Made by a program: the position numbers and the translations under genes. From positions 2,170,001-2,234,000 of the forward strand of contig NC_089436.1 in NCBI RefSeq assembly GCF_026210795.1: a stretch of DNA of 64,000 nucleotides. Reading direction: 5' to 3'. Shown here one piece after another: positions 49,214 to 62,760 of this stretch; position 1 is the first letter of the stretch, and the number at the start of each line of letters is the position of its first letter. The notes beneath the pieces were generated by a model, which ran no database searches, had not been told where the DNA came from, and worked only from the letters and a program-made list of their open reading frames with translations. Source of the DNA: Rhizophagus irregularis. Its lineage: Eukaryota.

Positions 49214-49382
49214 CATGCCACCCAAATTATTTTGGGCTGCCATAATTATAAGTAAAATCCCAAATTCAATTATGGCATCCCAAATTATTTTTGCACTTTA
49301 CATAGTAAATTATATATAAACTAAATGAATTACGGCATCCCAAATTATAATTATGGCATCCCAAAATAATTTGGGCAGTATG
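49214..49382. mobile_element. Tc1/mariner-like MITE
   Basis: TIR CAT.C..CCCAAATTATTTTGGG; TA flanks; internal GGCATCCCAAA repeats. Confidence 0.75.
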
Positions 49383-50226
49383 TATAATATTTATCATAAT
49401 GAAAATTTAATAAAATCAATTGAAGAATTTGGATGTAAAGTATTTTATTTGCCACTATATTTGATTTAAATTGGCTAAAAATATTTAAGGATATTATTAA
49501 TAATTATGATGATCTTATTTATATACTTTTTGTAGCATTATCTCAAATTACTTCTAAGACAATATTTTTAACAATCAATTTATATATAATAGAATTTTAC
49601 ATGCATGTATAAAATATAAAGAAATTGATAATCACATCAAAGAAAATTTATTTACTAAATTTAGAATGATTACAAAGTAATATAATATAAATCTACACAA
49701 ATTTCTTTGACTCATCATGTAATGTTTATCTAATACCAATTTTTAATATACTTATAAAATTATATACTGCATCAGATAATCTAAATAATTGGTTAACCTG
49801 AATTTCTTTATCCTCAAATTTTTGCAAATTACATGTAAATTTGTTTGCATTATATTTTCCATCCAACTCTTCCAAAAATTCATTTATAGAAAGAACTTTT
49901 GATATATAATTTTAAATTATATTAGAAATTAGTAATGAAGAATTTTCATTAGAATTTAAATTTGAAAAATTATAAGAAGCAGGTTTAATTGAATGTAACA
50001 TATTAAAAATTGCATGATTAGGCAGTATTTTAAAATCTGTATTATTTTTAAATTGATAAAAAAAAACTGTTAGTTATGATAATATTATAATATTATAATT
50101 ATTTTAGCCAAAATTTACAATATCTTGAGCTCACATTGAAAAGAATATATTTGATAAAAACAAATAATGACTATTTTTCATAAAACAATGTTTGTGATTA
50201 TGAAAATTACAAACATATTTATCTTT

Positions 50227-50658
50227 GGGTATTGCTAAATATCACCAGTGATGATCATCACCACATGTAAAATATTTTTTGAATTTTCAAAAATTTTTGA
50301 CTGAGATATTATTCTAATTATAATATAAATATTATTATTATATGTAAATTTATGGGTAGAACAAGTTTGCCTTAGATTATAAAGGCTGTTGTTTAGATAG
50401 TTTTTGAGAAAAATAGGAAAGTTTGATTTTATAAGCAAAATACAATTTTTTGTTTTAAAAAAGATTTTTTTTAGTCAAATTTTCAAAATTTTAGTGTGAT
50501 TAATATCTACTCAGGTTTGTTTTACACATTTATTATTTAAATTGAAATTTTTGAAAAAAAATTTACGATGTGTTTTTTAATTCTGGCCAAAATTATAATT
50601 TTCAGCCAGAATTAAGTGGTATAGTGACGATCACCACTGGTGATATTTAGCAATACCC
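50227..50658. mobile_element. MULE-type MITE
   Basis: TIR GGGTATTGCTAAATATCACCAGTG; 9-bp TSD TTTATCTTT. Confidence 0.9.
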
Positions 50659-51071
50659 TTTATCTTTTAATTGCATTATAATTTTACTAATCACTTTTTT
50701 TTTTCATCAAGTTTACTTTTTTTTGAGATTCTATTTATTACTGTACCTTTTTTTTTAGTTTTAACTGATTTAGATTTTAGTGTTTTTTTTTCTTTACTTA
50801 CCATATTTTTTAAATTATCATCTTATTTATTATAATAAGTACTTGTAAATTAATATCACATTAAACAATTAAAAATTCAAATTGAAACTGAATTTTTACT
50901 TTATATTCTTATCTTCATAGTTACAATTATTATCACCTTTTTCTTATTAGAAATGTAACGTTGATAATCTTTTAAAAATACTTCAAAAATAATTTTATTA
51001 TCTAAAAGTATTCCTACTTCAACTTCTAAATTACTCTTATATGCTAAAAAATATTCATTATTAAAGATTAA

Positions 51072-51373
51072 TAAGACCCTGAACACAACTCACATTTGAG
51101 TTTGTGTAGAGTTTATATTAAAATTTTTCAAAAGTTGCATATTACAGAAGTATTTTCAAAATTTTATTATCCTACATATCTCTGTTTTTAACATAACCAG
51201 TAATTCGATTTTAATAAAATTTATATCATTGGATTCGTTTTGATGAGAGGATTCTAATGATAGTAAAATCAAATTCCTAGCTTCAATATTGACAGAGTTA
51301 TGTTATAAAATGTATTTTTACTTTAGTACTTAAAGTTTACTTGTGAGTTATATTAGTATTATTCAGGGTCTTA
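51072..51373. mobile_element. CAGG/TAAG-ended MITE with 6-bp TSD (inverted copy of 2962-3270)
   Basis: Ends TAAGACCCTGAA / TTCAGGGTCTTA; perfect TSD GATTAA. Confidence 0.85.
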
Positions 51374-53199
51374 GATTAATCCTATATATTCAAAAATAAA
51401 TTGTTCAACTTTTATTAAAAAATTAATATATTTTGTATCATCAAATAACCAATTAACTAAAATAGATGGTAAAAGTTTCTTTCCATTATAGCAGATTTAT
51501 AAAATACCTTAAATTTGTCCATCATGTCAAATTAAATAAATATTTGACAGTCTTTTAGTCATCAAATTTTCCAAATTTATTAGTAAATAGTTAAAAATGA
51601 ACTCTAAAAAATTTTTTTGTATTCTAAATCTTGCATCTAACCAATTTTTCTATTACTTAACCAATATTTCCAGTATTAAAAGTATGTTATATTTATTTCT
51701 AAAGGTACAGCAGGATTTTTGCCAAATTTCATAAATCCACTATAATGCCATTTTTAATTGATATATGAAGCTGTAATTCTGTCATTGGATTTACTACTAT
51801 TAAATTGCTGGATTCTTTTTTTTTTATTTCCTTTCCAAATTTATTATTTTTTGACTTATTTTACTATTATAAGTTGTATAAAGTAAATAGTAAAAGGAAG
51901 TTTTCAGATTAACTTCATAACCAAATTTAAGATTACTTCTACTCATAAATTTGTTTAAAAAAAGTCAAGAATTACTTGTATTATAGCTATACTTTTCGTC
52001 AAAATGACAAAATACTAATTAAATTTATTTTGACAGATGTAATGTATTTTGACAGACATAATTAATTCATAGTAATTTTATAATAAATAGTAAATTGGTT
52101 CATTCACCAAAATATGACGTAATTAATTAGCGAAGAAATATAATCATAGCACAAACCTTTATAGCTACGTACTTTAGCTATTCAGTTATTTTTTGCTGGT
52201 TTTTCATACTTATTACAATGATAGTTTACAAATGAAAAGTTTTTTCCACAGTATAAGCACTTTTAATAGATAAAGTACGTTTCTATTTGATATTTTCTTA
52301 TATATACTTGTACTTCATATACTTCATTTTTATTAAATGACATTTTAACATGTAATATAAAATTGAATATAGTACTAGTCTACTAGACGAAGTAATAAAC
52401 ATGAATTTCTATAATCTATATATAAATTTATAAATCAAAGAAATATTATTGGGTTAAAAATAATGTTACATAAAATTGAATTTTTTTTGTGAACCTGTAT
52501 TAATTAGCTAATCACATTTTATTTGAAAACAGCAATAAACCAAATAAGTTATGCTAATTAAAAAAAAAATTTAATTAGTAATATTTTTTTTATATGGTAA
52601 ATATTGCAAATATTATAAAATAAAAAAATCTGGTGCAAAGTGAAATATAATTATTATATTAATAAAATCAGTTTAACTATTCTAATAATTTATATATACT
52701 ACTTAGACAAAAGTAAGCAGAATCCTATTATGTTAATTTTTTAAAATTGCACATAATAACAATGCTTAAAATCTTAATATATAATAATATAAATTTTGAA
52801 GAATATAATATCAAATTTTTAGATTTCTAGCCTTCATACAATTTTCTTAATTAGAAACAAAAATTTGATAATTAACTATATATAAAAATAAATAAAGTGA
52901 GCAAATAATCCAATACTGTTAGTTTATTTAGAATTATACATAGTAATGATACCTGAAATTTTAATATATATGTGGCAGTACAGAGTTCTGGTTAATGTAT
53001 ATACATGAAATTTCTTTTTCCTAGTTTTTATTTTTATACAAATTATGAAAAAATTAAAAGAAAATTAATTTTAAAAAAACAACAGTACTGTACTTTTACA
53101 TTTTCTTAAAATTATGCATAATAAAATATTATATTTTTTTTGTATTGTAAAAAATATAGTTTAGAAAATAAATATATGAATTTTTATATTTTTATACTA

Positions 53200-55264
53200 C
53201 CGTAAAATCGTGAAAATAAGTACCTCTTAAAAATAAGCACCCCTGTCAATTTGCAACAGCATTTGTAAAAAATTAAAAATAAGCACTCCCGATAAGCACC
53301 TTCTAAAAATTGAAATTGCGCAACTACTGGTAATATGTTAAAAAGCCACTTTTATTTTTTTTAAAATTTACCAGTGATTTTTTATTTAAAAATATTACTG
53401 GTATTAATTATTAAATATTTATTTTTAAATTTTATAAGAAACACCTTTAAAGAGAACAGATTTCAGTTCTAAAATGAAAATACTGTAAGTACAAAAGGAG
53501 GAACGCTTACATTTACTTAAAGAAATGAATACTAACATTTTTTTTATAATTATTTTTGTAGAATTTTTAAAGTGTAGACTGTAAAATATAATATAGTAGG
53601 TATGAGAGGAAACTTCAGTATTTTATTTAAGAAACTATACTAATGTTTCTTTTTTGTTTAATTTTTTATAAAAAATACATTTTATTAGTTTCGCAATTTA
53701 TGACTTATGGCAGAGTTAAGAAGTTATTGAGAAATAAACTGGTAAGAATTTTAATTGTCAACAATTTTGGTACTATTATTTAATTCATCTAAATTTTTGT
53801 CTTCAAATTCTGTCAATTTCTTCATAAACCATATCATCTTCAGATCCGTCTAACATATTATTCGAAATAGACATTTTTTAAAAGAATTAAAGATAATTTG
53901 GTCAGAAATAGCATCTTACGAACATTTAATCCAGCCGCATATACATCACTGATCCCTGCTCTTTTCAAATTACCAGCTTCAGTTTCACTAGTGCTACCTT
54001 GACACATCCATATATGCCATTCTTTTCGCATATTATTTTTGAAAGGTTTATTTATTGATACATCCAATGGTTGGCATATACTAGTTAATTCTGTAGGAAT
54101 AACAGCTAAATGAAAATTATGCTGTTTAAACTTTTCTTTTACACTTTCTTCCAGATGACCTCAGAAAGAATCATACATTATCATAGCAGGTTCTTATGAC
54201 AGATTCTCAGTCATACGTAATCTAAGATCCATTTTCTTGAAACCAACAAATGACTCCTTTTGAAATAACTTCACCACAAGGAAGTTGTTTTCCTTTAAAA
54301 ATACAAATGGGTGGATATTTGGAACCATCTAAATAATAAAATATTTGTTAAATTTAAATAAATATAAATAAAAAGAAATTTAAAAATTCTTACTAGCCGA
54401 ATAAGTTAAAACTACTGTAAACTGATTTTTATCATTTCCAATAGTACGAATATGCACTGTTTTATCCCCCTTTATTATTAATAGTCATATTGCCTGCTAT
54501 ATCAAACCATATGGGAGTTTCGTCTATATTATAGATGCTATTCAGATCAAAGTTATATTGTATTCTTAATCATATAATAAAGCGCTTAAATTCTTCCAAT
54601 TTTGCATCTGTATCTTCAGGTAATTTTTGCGAAATTTTAGTTTTTCTTCTTAGTGATAAATCAAATCTTTTCATAAATGATTGAATCCAAGTAAGGGTTC
54701 CTTGAAACTCATTATCTCCCATTGGATATAATTTTTGAATTACAGGCTCTTTAAGAATTTTATGCATTTGTAATTTTACCATTATATAATTAACTGCTAA
54801 GCCTTTTTTTCTTTGTTCAATTATCCATTTATATAACTTGTCTTCCGCTTTTAGATAAAAAGCCTTTCTACCAGATCCAATATGTTTCTTTTTTTTATTT
54901 TCTTTTTCCCAATCATCACTTTATTTAATCCATCTTCTGATCATTGAAGCATTTAAATCAAAATATCTTGCTGCAGCATTTCTTCCATTTACTAAAGCAT
55001 ATTTAACTACTATCAATTTTTCTTCTATTGAATATGAAGTCCTTTCTCTTACACCAACCTTTTTGTTTATCATTTTTTTAAGAACAAGTATATTCTTTAG
55101 ACGCGTAAAAAAAATTAAGGGGTAAAAAAAAAGAATAAGTATATTTTTTAAACGTGTAAAAAAAAAATTAAGGAGTAAAAAAAAATCGTAAAAATAAGCA
55201 CCCCTATCAATTTTTGTGATCACATGATTGCAAAAAAATGGTGCTTATTTTCATGATTTTACGG
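53200..55264 (-). mobile_element. pogo/Tigger-like transposon with decayed transposase (ATG 55073 to ~53750)
   Basis: TIR CCGTAAAATC.TGAAAATAAG.ACC with TA TSD; BrkDBD-like RTSYSIEEKL..AAARYF; CENP-B HTH WIQSFMKRFDLSLRRKT; DDE_1 motifs NIDETPIWFD and CQPLDVSINKPFK. Confidence 0.92.
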
Positions 55265-58244
55265 TATAGGAGGGAACTATAAAAAGGGGTACATTGAAAG
55301 GGGGTACTAATTATGTGATAATAGAATTAAAGTCAATTTTCTGTTAATAAAGTTTATCAGCTATGATTTATAAAGTATATGTATATATAGTACATATAAT
55401 TTGATTAGTATTGGCTGGGTACGTATCTGAGTTCTGGGATACTATCCAAATCAAATTTTGATTAGTACTGGGGTATTTTCAAAAATACTTAAATGTGAAT
55501 TTGAATAATACCCCAGTAGGCTGGTACTATTTGAAGAAATGACGATTTACTCTTTTCTAAAAAATAACAATTAACAATATCATTAAAGTTTCCATTTTTT
55601 TTTAATTTAGCGATCAATCAGAAATTTTAAAAATTTTTTTATCAATACAGCAGTATAAAAGTTAGAAGCATGAAATTTTGATATTATATCATTTAAAATC
55701 TATATTATTACATATTAAAATTTCAAGCACTATTATTTTGAGTAATTAACAAATATAAAAAGACCACTACTTTCATTTAACTAGTATAACAATTATCAAA
55801 TTTCTTTTTTTAATTAATACAGTTGTATGAAAGTTAGAAGCATAAAAATTTGGTATTATATTTTTAAAAACCTATGTTAGTAACACATATTAAAATTTCA
55901 AGTATTTGTTATTATGTGCAATTTTAAGTAATTAACAAAAATAGACTTCTGCCTACTTTTGTCCAAAATTATTCAAATTTCAAAATTCTAATCTTTAATA
56001 TTTAATTTGAAAAATTTAAAACCTAATTGAACTGTTAAATTTTTGTTAAAAGTTTATTATGTAATTTATTTTAAATAATTTAAACCATTATTAACTAAAA
56101 GTGAAAAAAGATGTTATAGAAATTTAAAATAATTAAGGAGAAAATTATAAATAACTACTGTAATTTTTAATAATCCACTTATTATACATATCTGCAAGTA
56201 GTTTTCTTTTTTGTAGTATATATATATCTAGTCCGTATAATACTTGAACAATAAATCAAAAAGTGCAACAAAAAAAAAAAAATCTTTAATCTTTTTTGAA
56301 TTATCAAACTGTAGTACCGAATTTACTTAGCATCACGTGATTACATAATTGACAACTTTTAGTTAAATAATCTGGATTATAAATGTAATGAACGAACCGC
56401 ATAACTTTTTATAATATATTTAAATGTAAAGAAAATTTTTTTACATTTACCTTTTATGCCACTAAGATTAATATTTTTATCAATTGTGCTTTATAATAAC
56501 ATAAAGCAATATGCGTGATAACAATTAATTTACATCATTTGACGTACGTTAATATATTTATTTCTGTTTTTTTTTACACAAAAAGTTATTTTTATTTTTT
56601 ATTTTTATTTATTTATTTATTTTATTTATTTTTTCTTTTTTTTTACATTAATAATAAAAAGGTAGAATTATTATTCAATATGGACAACAAGAAGAAAAAA
56701 AAATAAACAAAAAATAGAATAAAATAAAAACAGGGGAGAAGTAAAACATTTACATTGAAGAAAGATGAGAATTCACAATAAGTACAATAAGTACAATAAG
56801 TACGGGAAAATGATAAGATCATATAAATAATAAATAAAAGAATATAAAAAACAGGTATCTTTCAAACTTATCAAAAGTCATAATATATAAAAGAAGTTAT
56901 GTACTAGTAATGTACTGTATATTTATGATACATTGTAAAGGTTGTATATATATATATATACATAAATAAAAATATAACATACGTACTACGGAGTAATATC
57001 CTTTTTTCATCATCTAATCTCAAAAAATAACCATTCACTGAATAATACTCAATACCAAATCAAACCCAAAAATGTAAAAGAATAATAAAAAAAATAAAAA
57101 AATAAAAAAATGATATAAACATATAAAATAAAAATAAAATGAAGGGTTTGTTGGTATTAAAATAAAAAAGGAAGGATAAATTGAAATGGAGATATCGAAA
57201 AAATAATGTTAAAGGCATTGTATTCGGATAGTTTGGATGTTGAGGGAATGAATGTTTGAGATTAGGAAAAGAAATAAGGATAAATAGTCTTAAAAGAAAT
57301 GAAGAAAGTATATAAAGGTTATAAAAAAAAGAGTAAAAAAGAGTAAAAACATGTGAATATATATAGAGAAAAGAAAACAGTAAAAAAAAAGAGTATGATA
57401 ATAAAAATATAATAAAAACATAAATTTATTTTTTTTGTTTTTCAAATTTTTTTTTTTGTATACAAGTTATATAAATTAAGTTATTCTCGCGCGAACTTTA
57501 TTGAAAGAAAAAACCGAAGGGAGATACAATCGCCGCAACAATTTTCGTTTTCCTCCAAGAAAGATCACGTGATTAAAAAATTTAGAAGCTTAAAAAAATT
57601 GGACGAAGTAAAGCCATAGATGTGTGTTTCTTCCTTATTCGGTATTTACAATTCCTTTTTGCAATTACCAGGGACGATATTTTTTTAAAAAATCTTATTT
57701 CGATTTGTAATCGAATATTTTTATTGTTTGTTTTTTAAATAATAAATAAATCCTAGTGTTATTAAATTGTTTTTTGGTTTTTTTTTTGTGTCATTTTTTC
57801 GTTCTTTTTTTTTTAAAAAAAAAACGTTTCGCTGTAGTTTCCATAAATCAAATTCGCAGAATCTTCCTCACGGAAAATACTTGAATTGATCACAAACCGA
57901 AATTATCGTCCAGCAAAAAAACATTATCATTTCAACCAAATTTTGATTCAATCCAACCAAACACACATCCAAATATAAAATATCAATCTCAAATTCATCC
58001 TTCCTAGAACGATTATTAAAGGGTATGAGAGAACATTAAATAAATAATCAATATTTACTTTTTTTTTTTGTTGATTTTAATAGTCCTTTTTTTCTTTCCC
58101 TTTTAATAGGGAAGTTTTAAAATCATCAATTCCTTAAGAGTAACTTTTTGAGTCAATCATAAATAAATCAATCCAACAATTTCTTCTCATCAAAAATCCC
58201 ACCCATTTCTCTCATTCCTAAAGAATTATTAACAAAGGACACCT

Positions 58245-58698
58245 TTAATAAGGTTCAACTATACCATCAAAATCAATATCAACACCCATTTCTTCAGCTT
58301 CTTCAATAAATGCATCTAATATATCATAAGCTTCTCTTCCTAATTTTAAGAAACTCACATTAGCATAAAATTTAGGGAAATTCTCCAAAGTGATTAAATC
58401 TAACCAAGCATCATCATCATGATGATATAACCAATGTAAAATAGGTTCAAAAGCTTCAGGATAAGGTATTGGAATAGTTAAAATATTGGAATATTTAGAA
58501 CGATTCCCTAAAATATTTATAGGACCTAAAAGTTGATTAAAAAATCCTGACTGAGTTGCTAATACTAATGTATGAGCCCAGAAATAATACGTTGATGTTG
58601 ATGGTGATGATTGTAATTGTTTATTAAAAGTAGGAGATGTTGGAGGGGATGCTGGAGGCGTAACCTGTTGCAAATATTGTTGATTATAATGATGATTT

Positions 58699-58736
<38 letters not shown>

Positions 58737-58775
58737 TTGTTGTTGCTGCTGTTGCTGTTGCTGTTCTTGTAATAG

Positions 58776-58806
<31 letters not shown>

Positions 58807-59216
58807 GATTGAGATTGATGAATTATATTATAAAGCTGCTGTTGATAATTATATAACATGACATTAAAATGACAAGTTATTTCAGCGGCTTCAGAAGCTG
58901 AAATATTTGAATTACTACAATTTATTATTGGTACATTATTTTCATTACCCTTTTCATTATTATTTATGTTAGAATAAGATAAGAAATAATTACAATAATA
59001 ATCAATTTCAGTCGTCCTGACGACTCTTAATAAAAAATCGGAAGTGTAGTTATTCCTCCAGTGCTGAGGTCCAATCTCGTCTAAATTTTTTAAAAAATAA
59101 GCTGTTGGAATCAATTTATTCGTAAAAGGATCTTTATAAAATGCTGGTGTATGATCCGTTTGTTTATATATCGGTAAAATTACTCGTTTACGTTTTGGTG
59201 ATATTGGTAAACCCAT
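58245..59216 (-). CDS. BTB/POZ-domain protein with polyQ insertion, 323 aa, single exon
   Basis: Intact ORF. BTB hallmarks SDFLLRV ... FWAHTLVLATQSGFFNQLL ... IPYPEAFEPILHWLY; long Q tracts and PPASPP. Confidence 0.88.
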
Positions 59217-60948
59217 TATTATTTTTTTTTATATTATTATTAATAACTGTCGAGAAAAATGTCTTTTTTTTTTTTTTCCTTTAAATAAAAAAAAGTTTTT
59301 TTTTTTGATTGAAAAATTGAAAAATTGAAAAAGAATATATTATTATATAGTGATTCTTCGTTTGTATTTTTTGTCGTTAGAAAAGGATCCGAAAAAAATA
59401 AAAAAAATAAAATAAAAATTATTATTATTATTTTATTCCTTTTTTTTTTAAAAAAAAAAAATGATTTTTTTAGAACCTTTCGAGATTATTATAAACGTAT
59501 ATTAATTATTATAAATAAAAAAAAAACTCTACTTTTTTTCGAAAATATTTTATTCTATTAAAAAAAATTGAAAAAGAAAGAGCTTCTTTTCAAAAAAAAA
59601 AAAAAAAGAAAAAAAAAGAGGCCTAAAAATTGCGATGAGGAAAAAAAATAATCCATAGCCAGTTTGATGGACTATTTATTGAAAAAATCAAATCCCAGCC
59701 ACACTTGGATAAAAAATGAAAAATTATTTTAGAAAGATTTTTTATTATGAAGTTTCCGGTGACACGGGTTGTTTTACTTAAAAGGTAACAATGGGTTAAT
59801 AAACGAAAGGAGTAAACAAAACGGGGTAATTTAAAATAAGAGAAAAAAAAAATTTTTTTTTTTTTAAAAAAAACATTCATATTCGGACTTGAGAAAAAAA
59901 TATATAAATCGATCAATTAATTGAACGGTTTGAAATTAATTGAATATATGTGGAAGACAATATAAATTATTAGATTGAGAAAGTAAGGGGGGGGGGGGTT
60001 TTTTTTACCCAGGCTTATACTAACGAAAAAGAGGTCAAAATTGGATAATGTATTTATTATCACACATAAAAGTAAAACTAGTTCGGAGGTAATTTACACT
60101 AACTAGGTGTAATGTGCAACCCCAGTAAACTAATCATCATAATTGTTTATCAAATGTCTATTAAGAGTGTCAAATATTATTAATTGGTCATTTCCGAAAT
60201 GCATTTATTAATTGACCATATGGATGACAAATGATAGGTTAAATATTGAAATGAATGCTAATTATAGAAAAAAAATCAGAAAAAAGTTTGATATAAATAT
60301 AGAATACGATAAAATAAAGATAGAAATCACGCGTGATTACGATCATAACAAAAAAAAGAATTTGTTAGTGGCGCACGATAAAATATAAGAGTGGTACAGA
60401 TCAACAAAGATAATAATAGTTGTCAATTTTAGGACATCAAAAGAAATTCCGCGTTTGGACTATTTCGCTATCTACCGATTATCATCTCATGTATATAAAG
60501 TACTAGTAGGAATTCGATAAAAATGTTTATTATACTAAAAAGTCTATTAATGGTTCAAGACGGATAAGAAGATATATTAGATATTATATCAACGGATATA
60601 TTTATTTTTTTTTTACGCCGACAAAAAACTTGATAACTTTTTAGTTATTTAAACAACTACTAAACCAATTTTGGTTCTATTGTTTTCTTTTGATAATCAA
60701 ATTCTCCTTTTTTTTTTTTTTACGCGTTTTAAATTAAAAATTTAAGGTTATTCACTATTAATACTATTAGATTAACAATGATTATATTCAATATACAATG
60801 GTTTGATCACGCGTTCAAAAGATCTTTTCCTTTTATAAAAACTTTCTTCTCAATTAACATCCAAGATTTTTTTTTTCTCTTATGAACTAAAAATGGTACT
60901 TTGTAATTACAAACTTTTTTCTTTTTTTTTTTTTTATTATTATGAATA

Positions 60949-60986
<38 letters not shown>

Positions 60987-62710
60987 GACTTTATTTGTAT
61001 TCATTAAAACGTGAATTTATATATATGTATAAAAACTAGTTTAATTTCGCGTTTTTACATCACATGAAATGACGGAAAAACAAATTGGAATATTGAGGTT
61101 GTTAATGATTGGCAATTAATTCACTTACGTAATATGTTACTTAATATGATGTACAACTTTTACACAAATCGATTCCGAATTTTCGGGTTTTCATTTTACT
61201 TTCATCATGCATCATTTTAGTATAAAATGCTTATAGTAAAAAGTTTTTTAGATGCATAAATCAACAACAATATAATTTGCATTCTTCATTATAGTTAATT
61301 TTACACAACCAAAACTTAAAAGGAACGAAATTACTCTGTTGTCAAAATTTGGACATCAAATAATGATCTATTTTACACAACTCTTTAATTTATGTGGCTG
61401 GTATAAATAAAATTTATGTATTGTGACATTGAGGCGTATTATATATATAGAATTTATATAAAATGTATATATATACCTTGTATAAATGTTTATATATATA
61501 TATCATTCATTACCAAATTTGTAAGAAAATGAAATACATAACAAAAAATTTTCAAAATTTATTTATATACGTGATTTTGTTTAGGATAAATAAAAGATCA
61601 CAAGAAGATATATAATATAATATATAATATATAATATAATTATATTGTATATATTATATATTATACATACTTTTTTACTTTTTTATGCTTAAATGAATTT
61701 TTTATTTGTTATATGCAAAACGCGTTTCAGATTTGTGATTAGTTTGTTTCTTTCAATAAATTACTTAAATTGTTACTTTATTTTTGCCTACAGAAAATCA
61801 AAATTGGATTACAAGGGGAAAAAAAAGGTTTAAAAAAAATATATTTTTTTTTTTTTATATTATAAAGAATTTAAATGAATTTTAAATGAAAAATATATGG
61901 GAAATAAAAGAAAATTTTTTGTTTGGTTTTTTAATGGTTACGATATTTGTTATACCGAGGAGAATTTATGCGTATTAATTTGTTAATTAATCATTTTTAA
62001 TTTATGTTGATGATCAAATAATTTTTCAGTTGTATAAATTATAAAAGTATTTAAATGCATTAATAATTTCTCACCACTAGTTAAAACTGTTTATATTGTT
62101 AATCGATATATTTGTTCATTTCAATAAAAATCATGATTTTCCATTTTTGTATTTCAAAAGATTATAATTAACAGAGTTTTTGTTTTGTTTTTGTGTAATA
62201 TGTGTAATATGTGTAAAATATGTAAAATATATGGTAATATATGTGATAATGTGTAATAGTGGCGCTTATGTATTTCTAATTTGGATAGCTTATTTTAATA
62301 TGTATATTTTATATATATATTTTATAATAATTTTTTTAAAATGAAATGAAATTTGTTATTTTGGAAAGTAAAGAATGAAACAGATTATCATAATTTATTC
62401 GGAATGAAGAAAAGTTTCAAGATATAGAAACGTCACATATATACAATGAGATCGTCACAGAAAATTTTAAGGAATGACAAAAACAAAAACTTGTTATTTA
62501 ACTTGCAAAATATTGTAAATATTGTTTAGTCATAATGTTTTAATAAAACTAAATTTGGTATTTTCACTTATTTTTAGTTAACAAAAATTTCGGAATTTGT
62601 ATTGAAATATTAACCGAGTTTAAATCAAGTAAATCAAGTAAAACTTTAATCCTGAATACTTTGTTTTCTTTTCATATGAATATTTTTTATCTTCCGGGGT
62701 AGGGGGGTTG

Positions 62711-62760
62711 GGATTATTATGGGTTATTATGGGTTATTATGGGTTATTATGAGTTATTAT
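62711..62760. repeat. 10-bp tandem repeat (GGGTTATTAT)x5, imperfect
   Basis: Read directly from the sequence. Confidence 0.85.

Noticed and set aside
62711..62760. Telomeric repeat
   Set aside because: The unit is GGGTTATTAT, not TTAGGG; only five copies and internal.
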